Positions 25,607-38,832 are shown, counted from the stretch's first letter. The stretch: 64,000 nt of DNA from Octopus sinensis (GCF_006345805.1 NC_042999.1:148366001-148430000); one strand, 5' to 3'. Translations and numbers: made by a program. The notes: generated by a model from the letters alone, not told the origin.

Positions 25607-28600
25607 TTAAACACACAGTTTAAGATTTAATATGATGCTCAAAAAAAGATTAGCATCTATTGTTAGTAATGTAATGGGAGATGTAAATCTATCCATGGCA
25701 TCCTCCACTCATGTAAATACATCATAAAGTGGAATGAGATCAGTTTACATCAATTTCAAACTTTCAGTGGGTGCAGCCATCATTACTAGATGGCTATTTT
25801 AAGTAGGGCTAGTTTCAGTCCTTTTTTTTCAGAAGCTGAATTGCTTCAATGTACAATATTTATTTGAGAGACAAACTAAGCAGCTACTTATTGGAACAAA
25901 TTCATGTTGTGTGCAGATTGTGATGCTGAACCATTTCACCATCATCATCATTTAACGTCCGCTCTCCATGCTGGCATGGGTTGAACGGTTTGACAGGGAG
26001 CTGTCCAGACTCCACCTGCCTGTTGTAACATGGTTTCTATGGCTGAATGCCCTTTCTAACACCAACCACTTAACAGTTTACGCAACATCATCATCATCAT
26101 CATTTAACATCCGCTTTCCATGCTAGCATGGGTTGGACGATTTTGACTGAGGGCTGGCAAACCAGATGGCTGCACCAGGCTCCAGTCTTGATATGGCAGA
26201 GTTTCTACAGCTAGATACCCTGCCTAACACCAACCACTCTGAGAGTGTACTGGGTGCTTTTTACGTGCCACCGGCACAAGGGCCAGTGAAGCGACGTTGG
26301 TAACGATCACGCTCGAATGATGCCCTTTTACGTGCCATGGGTACGGAAGCCAGTTGGCTGCTCTGGCAACGATCACGCTCGGATTGTGTTCTTGGCAGGT
26401 GCTTTTTAAGTGGCACCAGTACCTGAAAGGACAAGCTTGTATGTGTGGAAGACTGATTTTACTTAGCTTAATGTGGCTTATCCTGTACAGCAAATCACCA
26501 ATCTCCCAGTCCCACGTCTGCATACTTAAATGTCACAGTCATGGTATTGGACACATCAAAAATTCAAGTGATCCACTCCATACTGGAAGAGTGCAAGGAA
26601 ATAAAGGGAGTATGCATTAATCAGAAGATGGAAGGTTAGGTCAATGTTGGTCAGTAGCTTCTGTTTACTGGACTGAGAACCTAGTTATGGGTTCAAACTG
26701 GAGCTCTGGGTGGAGAAAATCTTGGGAGCAGTCATGAACATGGTGACCAGTCTCACTCAAAACTAGGTTGAAAACAAGCTGCCCTTGAAATATTGGACAG
26801 AAGTGGTTAACACCTACCACATGGCTGTCATGCTTTGTCCCACAAATCCTCTGGCCACCCCAGAATGTCTGGTCTTTCATTTCTTGTTGAAGAGACAGTT
26901 TTTGCTAGTTGAGGGATCCTTCTGCTGCTAACAAAGGCTGTGCAATCATAGGATCCTGTAGCTGATGATTCACAGTCTCTTACTGAGGCTGACATTGCTG
27001 CAGAGATTCCTGAATGATGGTGAATAGATGTCGTCTCCCGTTTATGCATCATATCACTCTGTAACTCCTCTCTTTGACCAAAGTACAAAGCAAAGTTTAG
27101 TGTTTGGCACCTGACATGTTGCCTGACACTCACTGCACTCTACTAGCTAAGCAGCATAGACGGGTCTTGGTGTTTGATCCCTTGTTGCAACCCATTGTCA
27201 TTTGGCGCAGACAAAATCATCGTCGTGTTGATATGGTTTTTACATATGAATTACCCTTCCTGTTACTAACTGGGTTAGTGGACTGAGTGCAGTTTATCAT
27301 GCCACCAGTGCTAGAGATGTTACCTACAGCAAAACTAAAGAATTCCTGCTTCCCTATCTTATTTGGAATTACTGCTCCCCCACTTCCTAGAAGAATTGCT
27401 TGTAGTGCAGTAATTGACAAAATCAGCACCGTTTGCTAATTGCACATTTCAAATAACATTCTTTGGCGTTAGGAAGGGTATCCAGCTGTAGAAACTCTGC
27501 CAGATCAAGATTGAAGCCTGGTTCGCCAGCTCTCAGTCAAATTGTCTAACCCATGCTAGCGTAGAAAGTGGACGTTAAACGATGATGATGATGATGATTC
27601 TTCATTCATAAATAATCTGTATGACTGTTTTCCTAATATTACTGAATTTTGCTGTTTAATACCTTAATATATTTGGGCTTGTGAGTGCTGGTGCCATGTA
27701 AAAAACACCTGTGTTGGTGTCATGTAAGAAGCACCCATTTAAGGCCATGTAAAACCACTCCTGCCATAAAAAGCACCCATGCTGATGCCTTATAAAGTGG
27801 TTGGTATTAAGAAGGGCATGCCAAAACAGACAATTTGAGCTTGAGCAGTTGGCCAGCTCTTATCAAACCATCCAACCCATGCCAGCATGGAAAAACAGAC
27901 ATTGAATGATGATTATATTCACTCCACTCTGTCTCAAAAAAACCCCCATTAGTTCTAATTCTTAATCCATTTGGTTTGTAGACCATGATTTAGACTCATT
28001 GGTTGATATTCACTACAATCTTAAACATGGTTGTGGCTATCTTCTGACCTCAGTTGCTAAATTATTGTAGCCATCCTCAATGACAGAGATGCTGTGACTA
28101 TTTACTAATCACAGAAACAGTCACTATGCCTATTTACTGACCACAAACTGGAGCCTGGTGCAGGTCTCCAGCTCACCAGTTCTGGTCAAACCATCTAACC
28201 AATGCCAGCATAGAAAACAGATGCTAACTGATGATGAATTGCAAAGTTATTGTGCAGGCACTTGAGCCCCGTGCTAGTAGGGTGCTAAGAGCACCATCCA
28301 AGTGTGATCGTTGCCAGAGTGACTAACTGGCTTCTGTGCCGGTAGCATGTAAAAGGCACCATTCAAGCGTAATCGTTACCAGCATTGCCTTACTGGCACC
28401 CGTGCCGGTGGCATGTGTAAAGAGATTCGAACAAGGTGGTTGCCAGTACCGCCTAACTGGCCCCCATGCCGGTGGCATGTAAAAAGCATCCACTACACTC
28501 TTGGAGTGGTTGGTGTTAGGAAGGGCATCCAGCTGTAGAAACCTTGCCAGATCAGATTAGAGCCTGGTGCAGCCTCCCAGCTTGTCAGTCTTCAGTCAAA

Positions 28601-30064
28601 CCGTCCAACCCATGCCAGCATGGAAAGCAGATGTTAAACAATGATGATTATTAAGAAGTTAAGTTTGCCGGTGGCACATAAAAAGCACCCACTACACTCT
28701 TGGAGTGGTTGGTGTTAGGAAGGGCATCCAGCTGTAGAAACTCTGCCAGATCAAGACTGGAGCCTGGTGCAGCCATCTGGTTCGCCAGCCCTCAGTCAAA
28801 TCATCCAACCAATGCTAGCATGGAAAGCGGACGTTAAACGATGATGATTATTTACTGGCTACAGCTATTACAGCTACCCTTTGTCTGACACAATCTAATT
28901 TACGATGTTTCTTCCCTGTGATTCGAGTCTTTACAATGTGTCTAGGATTGTGTTATGTCTTCTCTTTTGTGTATACATTTAATAGTGATTTCTCAAAATC
29001 ACATAAAGCCACATCTACATAAAAAGTGTACTCACTTGACCTAAAACCTATTTACTGACTATAAAGACTCTCCTGCATCTCATGTGAACTTGCTGACTCT
29101 GCTTTTATCAGATAATGACACTCAATGAATCCTGATTGCCTAATTTATATTACCTGAATTTTATTGCTCACATGCTTTTCTAAATTTACCTGTTTGTTTT
29201 TTTCTTTTATTTTCCTAAAATTCCCTCCCTTACATATTCAACTCATTTATCACTCCACTTTCCACACTTTTACTTGTTTCATTCACTGGACTGCGACCAT
29301 GTTGGAGCACTGCAACAAAGGTTTAGATGATTAAATTGATCTCAGTATATATTTCAAGTTTTTAATACTGCAAGCTGGCAGAATCATTAGAACACTGGGT
29401 AAAAAGCTTAGCGGCATTTCATCCATCTTCACATTCTGAGTTCAAATTCCACCAGGGTCATCTTTGCATTTCATCCTTTTGGGGTCAATAAAATAAGCAC
29501 CAGTCAAATACTAGGGTCGATGTAATTGACTTACCCCCTCCCCCGAAATTGCTGGCTTTGTGCCAAAAATTTGATAACCAGTATGTACTTCAAGTTTGGT
29601 ACTTATTTAATCAGTCTCTTTTCGGACAAATCACTAAGTTATGTTGATGTATATAAATCAACACTGATGGTCAGGTGGTAAGAGACAAATGCTAACACAG
29701 GTGCACATACAGGAAGGTGTCATAGCCGACAAATGGTGTAACAGTTCTATAGTCAACTGTTACAAGGGAAATGGAAGTACCTTCATCCTCATCATTGTTT
29801 TTATGTCTGCTTTCCATGCTGGCATGGGTTGGACGGTTTGACTAAGGACTGGTGAGGCAGAGGCTGCACCAGGCTCAATCTGATCTAGCAAAGTTTCTAC
29901 AGCTGGATGCCCTTCCTAACACCAACCACTCCGAGAGTGTAGTGGGTGATTTTACATGACACCGGCACAAGGGCCAGTCCGGCAGTTCTGGCAATGACCA
30001 TGCTCAAAAGGTGTTTTTTACGTGCTACCTGCACTGAAGCCCATCTGGCAGCACTGGCAGAGAT

Positions 30065-30320
30065 GGGTAATTACAGAGGTGTCATGTTACTGGACCAGAT
30101 CGTGAAAGTTACAGAAAGAGTTTCAGTTCATTAAATTAGGAAGAGAATTAGCCTAGATAAGATGCAGTTTGGTTTTGTGCCAGGGAGAAATACCACTGAA
30201 GCTCTCATTCTACCACGGCAACAGCAGGAGACATTTTTAGCTAAAAGTAAGCTTTTGTACATCAACCTGAAGAAAGCTTTTGACAAGGTGTCTCACTCTG
30301 TGATATGTTGGTTGCTAAGG
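30065..30320 (+). mobile_element. Old RTE RT fragment; others at about 41490-41890 (+), 8345-8640 (+) and 55990-56310 (-)
   Basis: GNYRGVMLLDQIVKVTERV and MQFGFVPGRNTT, homologous to 49320-49460. Confidence 0.75.
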
Positions 30321-31591
30321 TTCTAAAAGCACGTGTATATTCATAACTGGGCCCTTCACCCAATTTGTCCCTGTCCCCCTGCCTCCTCATCTCCCTATTA
30401 TTTTCCCTCCTTCACTCTTCTAACTACTGTGTTATTCTGTCAACTGATATTTATAACTACTATTCATCTGTCTTTCTGTTCTGAGTTCAAAATTCTGCCA
30501 AGGTCATCTTTGCTTCTCATCCTTTTGGTGGGGTCAATGTAATTGACTTACAAACTCCCCCAAACTTGCTGGCTTTGTGCCAAAATTTTAAACCTATATT
30601 GTCTAACTACTGTAAAACTACATATTTCATTTCCTATATTTCAGTTTATGTCTCTATTTTCCTTACAACCATATCCTATTGACAGCCCAACACTTATTCT
30701 TAACACTGTCCCTCTCCACTGACATCTTCCACTGATCACCCGTTCTATACTACTAGTTAACTCGCTCTCTCACCTGAACCACATCTGTTAACCCCTATAC
30801 TTCATTCTTAACACTGTCTCATATTTATCATCAAGCACCACCTTTGTTCACCAATCACTATATTCATTCCTAAATACTTTGACACTTCCACCCCTATCAC
30901 TTTATTCCTCATATTCCACACCATTGCAGCCATTACCTACAATTACCTATTTCCTTCTTACCTCTCATCCTTCTCCTGTCTACTGTTTACTGTTATTCTA
31001 CTGCTCTTCACCTTTCTTTACTGCTAGTCATCCTAACTGAGCCACTGCTATGATCCCTCCACCTTACTATCTCCAATTGATGCCTTGCTGTGGAACTGAA
31101 TCTGAAACTAGCTTGTTGGAAAGCAAACTTAACTTCTTAATCATCATCGTCAATGTTTAACATCTGCTTTCCATGCTGGTATGGGTTGGACGGTTTGACT
31201 GAGGACTGACAAGCCGGGAGGCTGCACCAGGCTCCAATCTGATTTGGCATGGTTTCTACAGCTGGATGCCCTTCCTAACGCCAACCACTCTGAGAGTGTA
31301 GTGGATACTTTTTACATGCCACCAGCATAGGAGCCAGTTAGGCATCAGCCACACTCGAATGGTACTTTTTACATGCCACCAGCATGGGTGCCAGTAAGCG
31401 GCACTGGCATCAGTCATGCTCAAATGATGCTTTTTACATGCAAGTCAGGCAGCACTGGCATTGGCCACACTCTTAAAAATGGGGCTAATTGTCTCAAAAA
31501 TTATGAAATCAGAAGTAACTGGAGGTTTTCATATGGGGCTCACTATCAGGGATCATTTTCAATTGAAACTGTTATTTTTTAATTCTATCAG

Positions 31592-31790
31592 GTTGCACAG
31601 AACGTTGGCTTTCATAAATCTGTTGGAATCGATCTTGTTGCTATGGTAGTCAATGATATTTTGGCTCATGGTGCTGAACCGCTTTTCTTTTTGGACTATT
31701 TTGCTTGTGCCAAGCTTGATGTGTTGCAAGCTAGAGATGTGATTGAAGGAATTGCTGAAGGTTGTAAATTATCTGGATGTGCATTAGTGG
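31592..31790 (+). CDS. GART: GART exon (AIRS): [44 protein letters not shown]...GCALV(G)
   Basis: [10 protein letters not shown] and [10 protein letters not shown] motifs; atcag| and |gtaagt. Not captured by the ORF track. Confidence 0.96.
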
Positions 31791-32070
31791 GTAAGTAGTT
31801 AATTAATTTACTATTTTTTGTCAAGCCTCTGTCAGAGGAGGAAAGGTGACCCTCATGACTTTACGAGACCACCAAACTTCATATAGGGAAACAGTGGAGT
31901 AATCTTCAGACTAGCGTCTAGGCCAAAATGCTAACAAAGAATAGATTCTACTAAAGATACCCAAAAGTCAGAGGATTGTATTAAACCAGTTGATAGATTA
32001 AGAACTGCTACAGTCCATATGATGGGCATTCACAGTCTGTTTATTCAATTTCACTTACAAGTTAATGGAT

Positions 32071-32200
32071 CAGTCAAGGAGATAATGTCATTGGATTGGC
32101 ATTGAATGGGATTCACAGCAATGGGTTCAAGTTTGGAAAATTATTGAAGTAAACCAACTCTCATATGACATGTTCTTCCATCTCAAGGAAGACTTTAGGT
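32071..32200 (+). pseudogene. Frameshifted copy of the 3' half of the GART AIRS exon (33156-33292)
   Basis: gtcattggattggca, cacagcaatgggttca, attgaagtaaaccaactctcatatga and aagacttt.ggta all shared with the real exon; small deletions. Confidence 0.9.
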
Positions 32201-32455
32201 ATATGTGGAAGATATTTACCCAAGGTAAACAAACTGCCGGCATCAGTTGTTAGTTGTCAGAGCACTGCATCCTTCAAAACTTCCATGCTTCCTGAGATTC
32301 GCCTACACTACACCTGATTTTCTCCCCTCCATACACATGCAAGCATGTATGTGACTCATACACTGTTCACTTTCCAGACATTTGTACATTACTGCATATA
32401 CTTTATATGCACTTTTGACAAGTTGTGGTGCACCTGAGCACTGTATACAATAATT

Positions 32456-32486
<31 letters not shown>

Positions 32487-33041
32487 AATAAGGTGACACG
32501 GTGGAATCAACCCTTGACCACATGATTCTGAAACAACTTTTTTGACCACATGGCCATTGCTGAGCCAATGTACTCAAGGGTGTTGTGTTAATGTTTATAA
32601 TTCTAGTTCTCAGTCACACAGCTATATATGTTTCCTTAAATCTCTGTAAAATTTCCACAATGGTTTCAATAGATTATGGGACAATATTTACTGTAGCCTC
32701 ATTCAGCCATATCTTGGTCTTGCACACTACATGGAGATCTCACTAGTGCTGATGCCATGAAAAAAAAACACCTCATATACTCTGTAAAGTGACTGGTGTT
32801 AGGAAGGACATTCAGCCACAGAAACCATGCCAAAGCAGATATTGGAGTACAATGCAGTCTTCAGACTCATTGGATCCTGTCAAACCATTCAACTCATGCC
32901 AACATAGAACATGAATATTAAAAGAGGATGATGATGGTGAGGGGGATGAGGGTGGTGTTGATGATGATGATGACTTACTGCAGAAAATAACAATTCTGCT
33001 TGTAATTATTTTTTTTTTCTTTATCTATATAAATATTTCAG

Positions 33042-33290
33042 GTGGGGAAACTGCTGAAATGCCTGGTATGTACCAGAAAGGGGACTATGATTTAGCGGGT
33101 TTTGCTGTTGGTGCTGTTGAAGCCAAACAATTATTACCTCGACTTGCTGACATTACAGTAGGAGATGCTGTCATTGGATTGGCATCAAGTGGAATCCACA
33201 GCAATGGGTTCAGTTTAGTTCGGAAGATCATTGAAGTAAACCAACTCTCATATGATATGCATTCTCCCATCTCATCAGGAAAGACTTTGG
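33042..33290 (+). CDS. GART: GART exon (AIRS): (G)[23 protein letters not shown]...[18 protein letters not shown]...GKTL(G)
   Basis: [15 protein letters not shown] and SSG.HSNGFSL motifs; ttcag| and |gtaaca. Confidence 0.97.
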
Positions 33291-34981
33291 GTAACATAAA
33301 ATTTAATTATAATTTTTTTTTTTTGCTTTTGAATGTTTTATACTTTTTCATATTGAACAATTTGACATTTCTGATATTTGACAATTTTCTGAGGAATCTT
33401 AAGAGTCAACCCTGCCATGTTCATTTTGCCTGAAAAAGCTTATCTTTGTGTTGTCTAGGTCACATAATTCCCCACGTTAGCAAAGAATTTGGGGTTTATT
33501 TTTATATTGTTTTTATGTATAACCAAAAGCTTGCAGCTGTTTGCTATTCAAAAAACATTCCTACAATATTTAATGAAGTTGTGTTCATAATTGTTAGCAT
33601 GTGTTAAGCTAGGGGAAGAAAAGCTCAGCCTAATTAGGGCATGTTTTCTTCCCATGAAGATGACTTCAAAGACTTAAATAGACAAACCTGTTTAGCTTGA
33701 TATTATAAATCTCCTGTCTGTATATTCTAGAAACATATTTGCTGACATTTAAGACACAAATTTAGAATCATCAGAAAAGACATAAATAAATCTCAAAGCA
33801 AATTCAACTTTAAATAATAGCATATAACACATTGGGTTGAATGGAAAAGGAACAGAAACCTGCATGTGAGACATGAACCTTTCACCTTCTGTAACCCAGA
33901 CAGACATGCTACCAATCATACTAAAGCAACCTCCTATCTTTCTAATTTTTAAAAATGGGTTACTGTAGATGTATGGTTCAAATGCTGCAAGCAGCTTTCT
34001 GCCATTTTTAAAACTCCAATGGGTTTTTAATCCAATGAGTTAGTTATAAGCAATTATTTGTATCATTAATAAAGATTAAATTTCATATTTCATGATACTT
34101 CTACATGTGTGTACTAAATGTGAACAAACTTTCTCATAAGATTAAGATATTCAATTTGATGGCAGAAAGACAAAAGGTTGCTTCAGTGTAACTGGTAACA
34201 CACTTGTCTGGATTACAAGAGATGTGTTCCCAATGGTTTGTGTCCTACAACCAGTATTATACCGCCCCCACCCCCTCCAATCAAAGATGGTTTTTCACCT
34301 AGGGCAGCGGACTTGCGGTCGGAGGATCGCGGTTTCGATTCCCAGACCGGGCGTTGTGTGTGTTTATTGAGCGAAAACACCTAAAAGCTCCACGAGGCTC
34401 CGGCAGGGGGTGGTGGTGATCCCTGCTGTACTCTTTCACCACTCTAAAGGCGGTGCTCCAGCATGGTCGCAGTCAAATGACTGAAACAAGTACAAAAAAA
34501 AAAAAAAAAAAATCTATTTATGGTATTTCAGAAGAAAATGTGGAGATAGAAGCCAAGTGAAACAAATGAATGTTGCTTCTATGTATCAAAGACATCTAGA
34601 TTACTTGCATATTAGCATTTTCAGACTTCAGTATATAAAAACATTATTTTAGAAATTTTGTAAATCCTTATCAAAAAATGTAGAAAATATTATTCATGAA
34701 AGGATAATAACATAAACTAGTCTTGATAATGTTGTGTGTACCATGCATGCAGTTTTGGCTTTCATAGCTCTCTTCCTTTACATGACTTACTACTGATTTT
34801 TGCGCCCTCTTTTACCATTTTCCAACTAGATGTAGTGCACCTGAATGCTGTATATATAATAGTCATCATTATTATTATTATTATTTAGTAAAAAACATTC
34901 CAGTCTATAGAAGACTAAATGTTTAGAATGAATAAGTGTTCTATGCAGTTCAACATATTTCTTAGCACAATTTGGCTAGAT

Positions 34982-35211
34982 CAGTGGTTCTCAACAAGGT
35001 TCCATCTGATCTAAGGAGGTCCAAATAAGATTTTGTTGTTAAAATCGGTTATACTTCTACAATGCACCAAATATTTTAACAATTTTCTTGTACAATTCCT
35101 AATAATGTTTAATTATAAAAATGTTATAGGGTTTTTCTAAACATTGAATGGTTGTGAGGGTTTATCTAAGTAAAATAAGAATCAAAGGTAAAAAATGGTT
35201 GAGATCCTTTG
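34982..35211. mobile_element. hAT (Charlie-like) MITE, second copy
   Basis: cagtggttctcaac start, degenerate right TIR; 8-bp TSD ggctagat / ggttagat (7 of 8 match). Confidence 0.8.
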
Positions 35212-35289
35212 GGTTAGATTCATTACTATTTTATATATTATTGAATAATTCTTCACAAATGTTATTTATGTTCCAAATTTCTGTTGCAG

Positions 35290-35492
35290 GGGAAGAGTTA
35301 TTGTGTCCAACTAAGATTTATGTGAAATCTGTTTTACCTCTCATGAGACAAAACCTTGTTAAAGCGTTTGCACATATTACTGGTGGAGGCCTCGTTGAAA
35401 ACATTCCAAGAGTTCTCCCTAGAGATTTAGCTGTTCAACTTGATGCTATGGCCTGGAATGTTCCTCCAATTTTTGGGTGGCTTCAAATGAAA
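35290..35492 (+). CDS. GART: GART exon (AIRS): (G)EELLCPTKIYVKSVLPL...AHITGGGLVENIPRVLP...PPIFGWLQMK
   Basis: LL.PT.IY and AHITGGGL.ENIPRVLP motifs; tgcag| and |gtaaaa. Confidence 0.97.
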
Positions 35493-35999
35493 GTAAAATC
35501 ATATTTCAGTTTCTTCACTTATTTTTTTCATTCTTTTCTTCTTTTTTTTTTAATGCATATTTTGTATGTAGGCCATACCACCAATGAATTGTAGTGGAAT
35601 TACAGCAAGATTATATTAAATCATTACTTTCTATAATTAACAATACAAACATCAAAATTTAGATTTTAACCTGCTTTCAATAGGAAATCCCAGTTGACAA
35701 TTTCTTGCTGCCTTTCACTGTAAATCCACTCTAAGATTAAAATCTGCATAATTCAAGATCAAATGTCTGACAAAAGACTGTCAGTTAAAAAAATAGATCT
35801 TAACTATAGATTATTCAAATTTTTGAATAATCTGTTACAACATTTCATCTAAATTTTAATCTGTCTAGAAAGATTGAATTTTAAGAATTTGAATAATAAA
35901 GATGATAATTTTATAGTTGAAAGTATCTGCATTTATGAATACTGAAGAGATGAAAGTGAAATGAGATAATAATGACTGATTATTTCGATATTGTCAAGA

Positions 36000-36420
36000 A
36001 GGCCGAGGGTGTCTTAGCATCACTCTGCAAGATCTTTGTCAGCCGCTCTTCAGCTGTCTATTTAAGGCTGTAGATGGCTATGGTGTGGGCATACTTGGAA
36101 TTTGCTTCACCAGTCTGGAACCCCTATCTTGTTCAGGCCATCGACCTCCTGGAAACTGTTCAATAACGTGCAACCAAGCGAATACCCTTCATCAGGTATC
36201 TACCATACTCTGAACACCTTGCTTCCCTGGGCATAGATACATTAAAGCTCCAACGTCTGACAACTAACTTGGTAAACATCCAAAAATTATTAACCATTTT
36301 GCCAACAACCACCTTGAGTACCTCTTTGAGCTCCATGTGTTGAACACACATGGGCATGCCTACAAAGTCAGACAACAGCACATGACTTTCAGAAAGAACT
36401 GTGTCATGCAGTGAGATCAA
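36000..36420 (+). mobile_element. CR1/L2-type LINE 3' coding remnant; related pieces at 60870-61240 (-) and 32240-32490 (+, 3'UTR with (att)n tail)
   Basis: Decayed ..ATKRIPFIRYLPYSEHLASLG.DTLKL..L...HGHAYKV reading, typical of CR1 C-termini; two mutually homologous copies. Confidence 0.65.
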
Positions 36421-37211
36421 GCTCAAAACTTCTTTTTATCACACAACTATCACTATTCCTATGTTGGGAAAATGAGTAATCTTTAGCATTATCTCTGTTT
36501 TCTCTATCTATTTTGAGTTCAGATCCCTCTAGGGATAACTTGGCACTTTATCAATCAAAGGATGATAAAATAGCTACCAGTAATATGCTGGGATCAATTC
36601 ATTTGGCAAAATCTTTCTCATGCATGTAATGGTTTAATTTTTACCCGCCTGACTGGCTCCCATGCTAGTGGCATGTAAAAAGCACCATCTGAACATGGTT
36701 GATGCCAGTGCCACCTGACTGGGCCCCCATGCTGGTGGCACATAAAAAGCACCCACTACATACTGGGAGTGGTTGGCATTAGGAAGGGCATCCACCTGTA
36801 GAAACCTTACCAGATCAGATTGGAGCTTGGTGCAGCCTCCTGGCTTGCCAGTCCTCAGTCAAACCGTCCAACCCATGCCAGCATGGAAAGCAGATGTTAA
36901 ATGATGATGACGATGATGATAACGTTTACTACTAGCTTTTTTTGTTTTTTTGTTATTCGTTTTTTGCCTCATTTTATCTTCTTGAAAGCCAGACATTTAC
37001 CCCCATTTTATATCTGCCTGGATGATGCTGTGATGAACTGAAGCTGTAAAATACTTCTAACAATTACAAATATCATGCTTGTTTGTTTTTTAATCTTTCC
37101 TCTGCTTAAAAATTATAAACACTGTTAATATTGACTTATTAATTGTGATTTTTAACCCTTAAACCTAGCTCTAATCCTTATTACTGAGATTTATTTGGTT
37201 GTTTTAAACAG

Positions 37212-37365
37212 GGAAAGGTTTCTGAAAGTGAGATGGCAAGGACCTACAATTGTGGAATTGGTGCTATACTTATTGTTGAAAACCAGCAAGCAAACTTTGT
37301 TAGGAAAAGTTTAGAAAATTCTGGAGAAAAATCTTGGATTATTGGATCAGTTGTTAAACAACAAG
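37212..37365 (+). CDS. GART: GART exon (end of AIRS): GKVSESEMARTYNCGIGAILIV...SWIIGSVVKQQ
   Basis: EM.RT.NCG.G motif; aacag| and |gtaggt. Confidence 0.94.
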
Positions 37366-38413
37366 GTAGGTCTCTCTTCCTTTCTCACATCAATCCTTAA
37401 TTAGTTTGATGATTTAAACATCTTGCACCAACAGTGAATTTTATTGGTGTGGATAGACACCAAATTTTGTTATGCAACCATGATATATTACTAAGTAATT
37501 AAAGGTTTATTAGTCAATACTGTGTCCTAGCTGTGTTAGCAGTGCTATTCATTCATGCTTTTTCTTTTAAGTTATCTCTGCAGGCTTTCTATAGAAATTA
37601 TAGCCAGCATTGAAGGTTACAACATATCATATACGAATACATCTATTTAAACAATGCAATCAAAGACAGAAAAATAGGCAACAGGTGTATCAAGAGTTGA
37701 ATAGAAAGAATACGACAAGGAGAAAAGTTGCACGAAAGCAGAGTGAACAGAAAATAGACAAAAACTAAATGGATGGGAAATTAGACAACAACAAAATACA
37801 CAGAATATTCAGAGCTGAGTTTTCCTCTTCAGTCAAAGATGCAAAGTATAACAATTTCATGCCAATTACCTTTGATACTGTTCAATTTTTGCAGGTGCCA
37901 GTATGTTTATTAAGCTACTGGGAAAAAGCTAGTGAATGTGTGCTAAGACAGAAAGAAACAAGACATTATATAAATACAACAGACAACGAATTATGCATAT
38001 ATAACAGCAGTAGACCTTACAGCTATATGCACACAAAGAAAAAATAGTAATAATTATACATATACCATAAATACAACAGAAAGAGCTTTGCAGCTGTCAA
38101 ATGAACTATGAGGGGTTGTGCAAAGAGAGAATAGAGTTAAGTCCTGAGGACATCTTGAATAATGTAACCTCAGACATACTTTTCCTGTAAGCAGGATGGA
38201 ATGTCATGACTGAAATAGACAACAGGATACTCAGGGTATAATAGTTGTCGTATAATCCCAGGGAAGATTTGGTGATGGATCAGACTTATCCTGTAATCAA
38301 AGCCATTTAAATAAAAGTCATTTTTTTTTCATTAATGTATTTAGGACTTTTTTTGTTTAATATTTGGTTTGCAAGATTCTTGATGTGAACTCATGTTGAA
38401 GCATATATTGTAT

Positions 38414-38832
38414 TTCAGTAGGGTCATTATGCCAATAATTAACACATCCATTGGTTCTATTTTACTTCTGTTATTTATATATTAGTCAATTGGTTAATCA
38501 ATCTAACCAATTAAATAATTGATTGTTTCATTAATCATTTGGTCAGTCAATCACTTAGGTATTTCAAAGTCCTTTCATTGTCATTTGTGATCTCATCCAT
38601 AACATGCCCTCTATGCTTCAGGTTAGTCTGTTGTCTCACTTTATGACCTCATTGATGAGATCACAAATAGAAATAAAAGGACTTTGACAAACCTAGCTGG
38701 TTGATTGATTGACCAAATTATTAATCAATCAATTGATTGGCTAAATGGTTAACCAACTTACAAACAAAAAATAATGCAGTGAAACAGAACCAGTGTGTGT
38801 GTATTTGTTATTGGCATAATGACCCTCCTGAA
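38414..38832. repeat. Second foldback palindrome; same outer-arm family, different core
   Basis: gggtcattatgccaataa / ttattggcataatgaccc and atttgtgatctcatc / gatgagatcacaaat arm pairs. Confidence 0.8.

Noticed and set aside
31640-31657. AMVVND instead of the usual AMCVND in AIRS
   Set aside because: This position varies among PurM homologues, and the flanking metal/ATP-binding residues (ND, DY, E) are intact.
32071-32200. Functional AIRS duplication as in Drosophila (GARS-AIRS-AIRS-GART), or a mutually exclusive exon
   Set aside because: Only half an exon, with frameshifting deletions and no acceptor; the other AIRS exons are single copy.
33855-34235. Two inverted, degenerate tRNA-like heads (ggttgctt.agt.t.a.tggta.ca)
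   Set aside because: Too decayed to fold or classify; most likely old SINE remnants.
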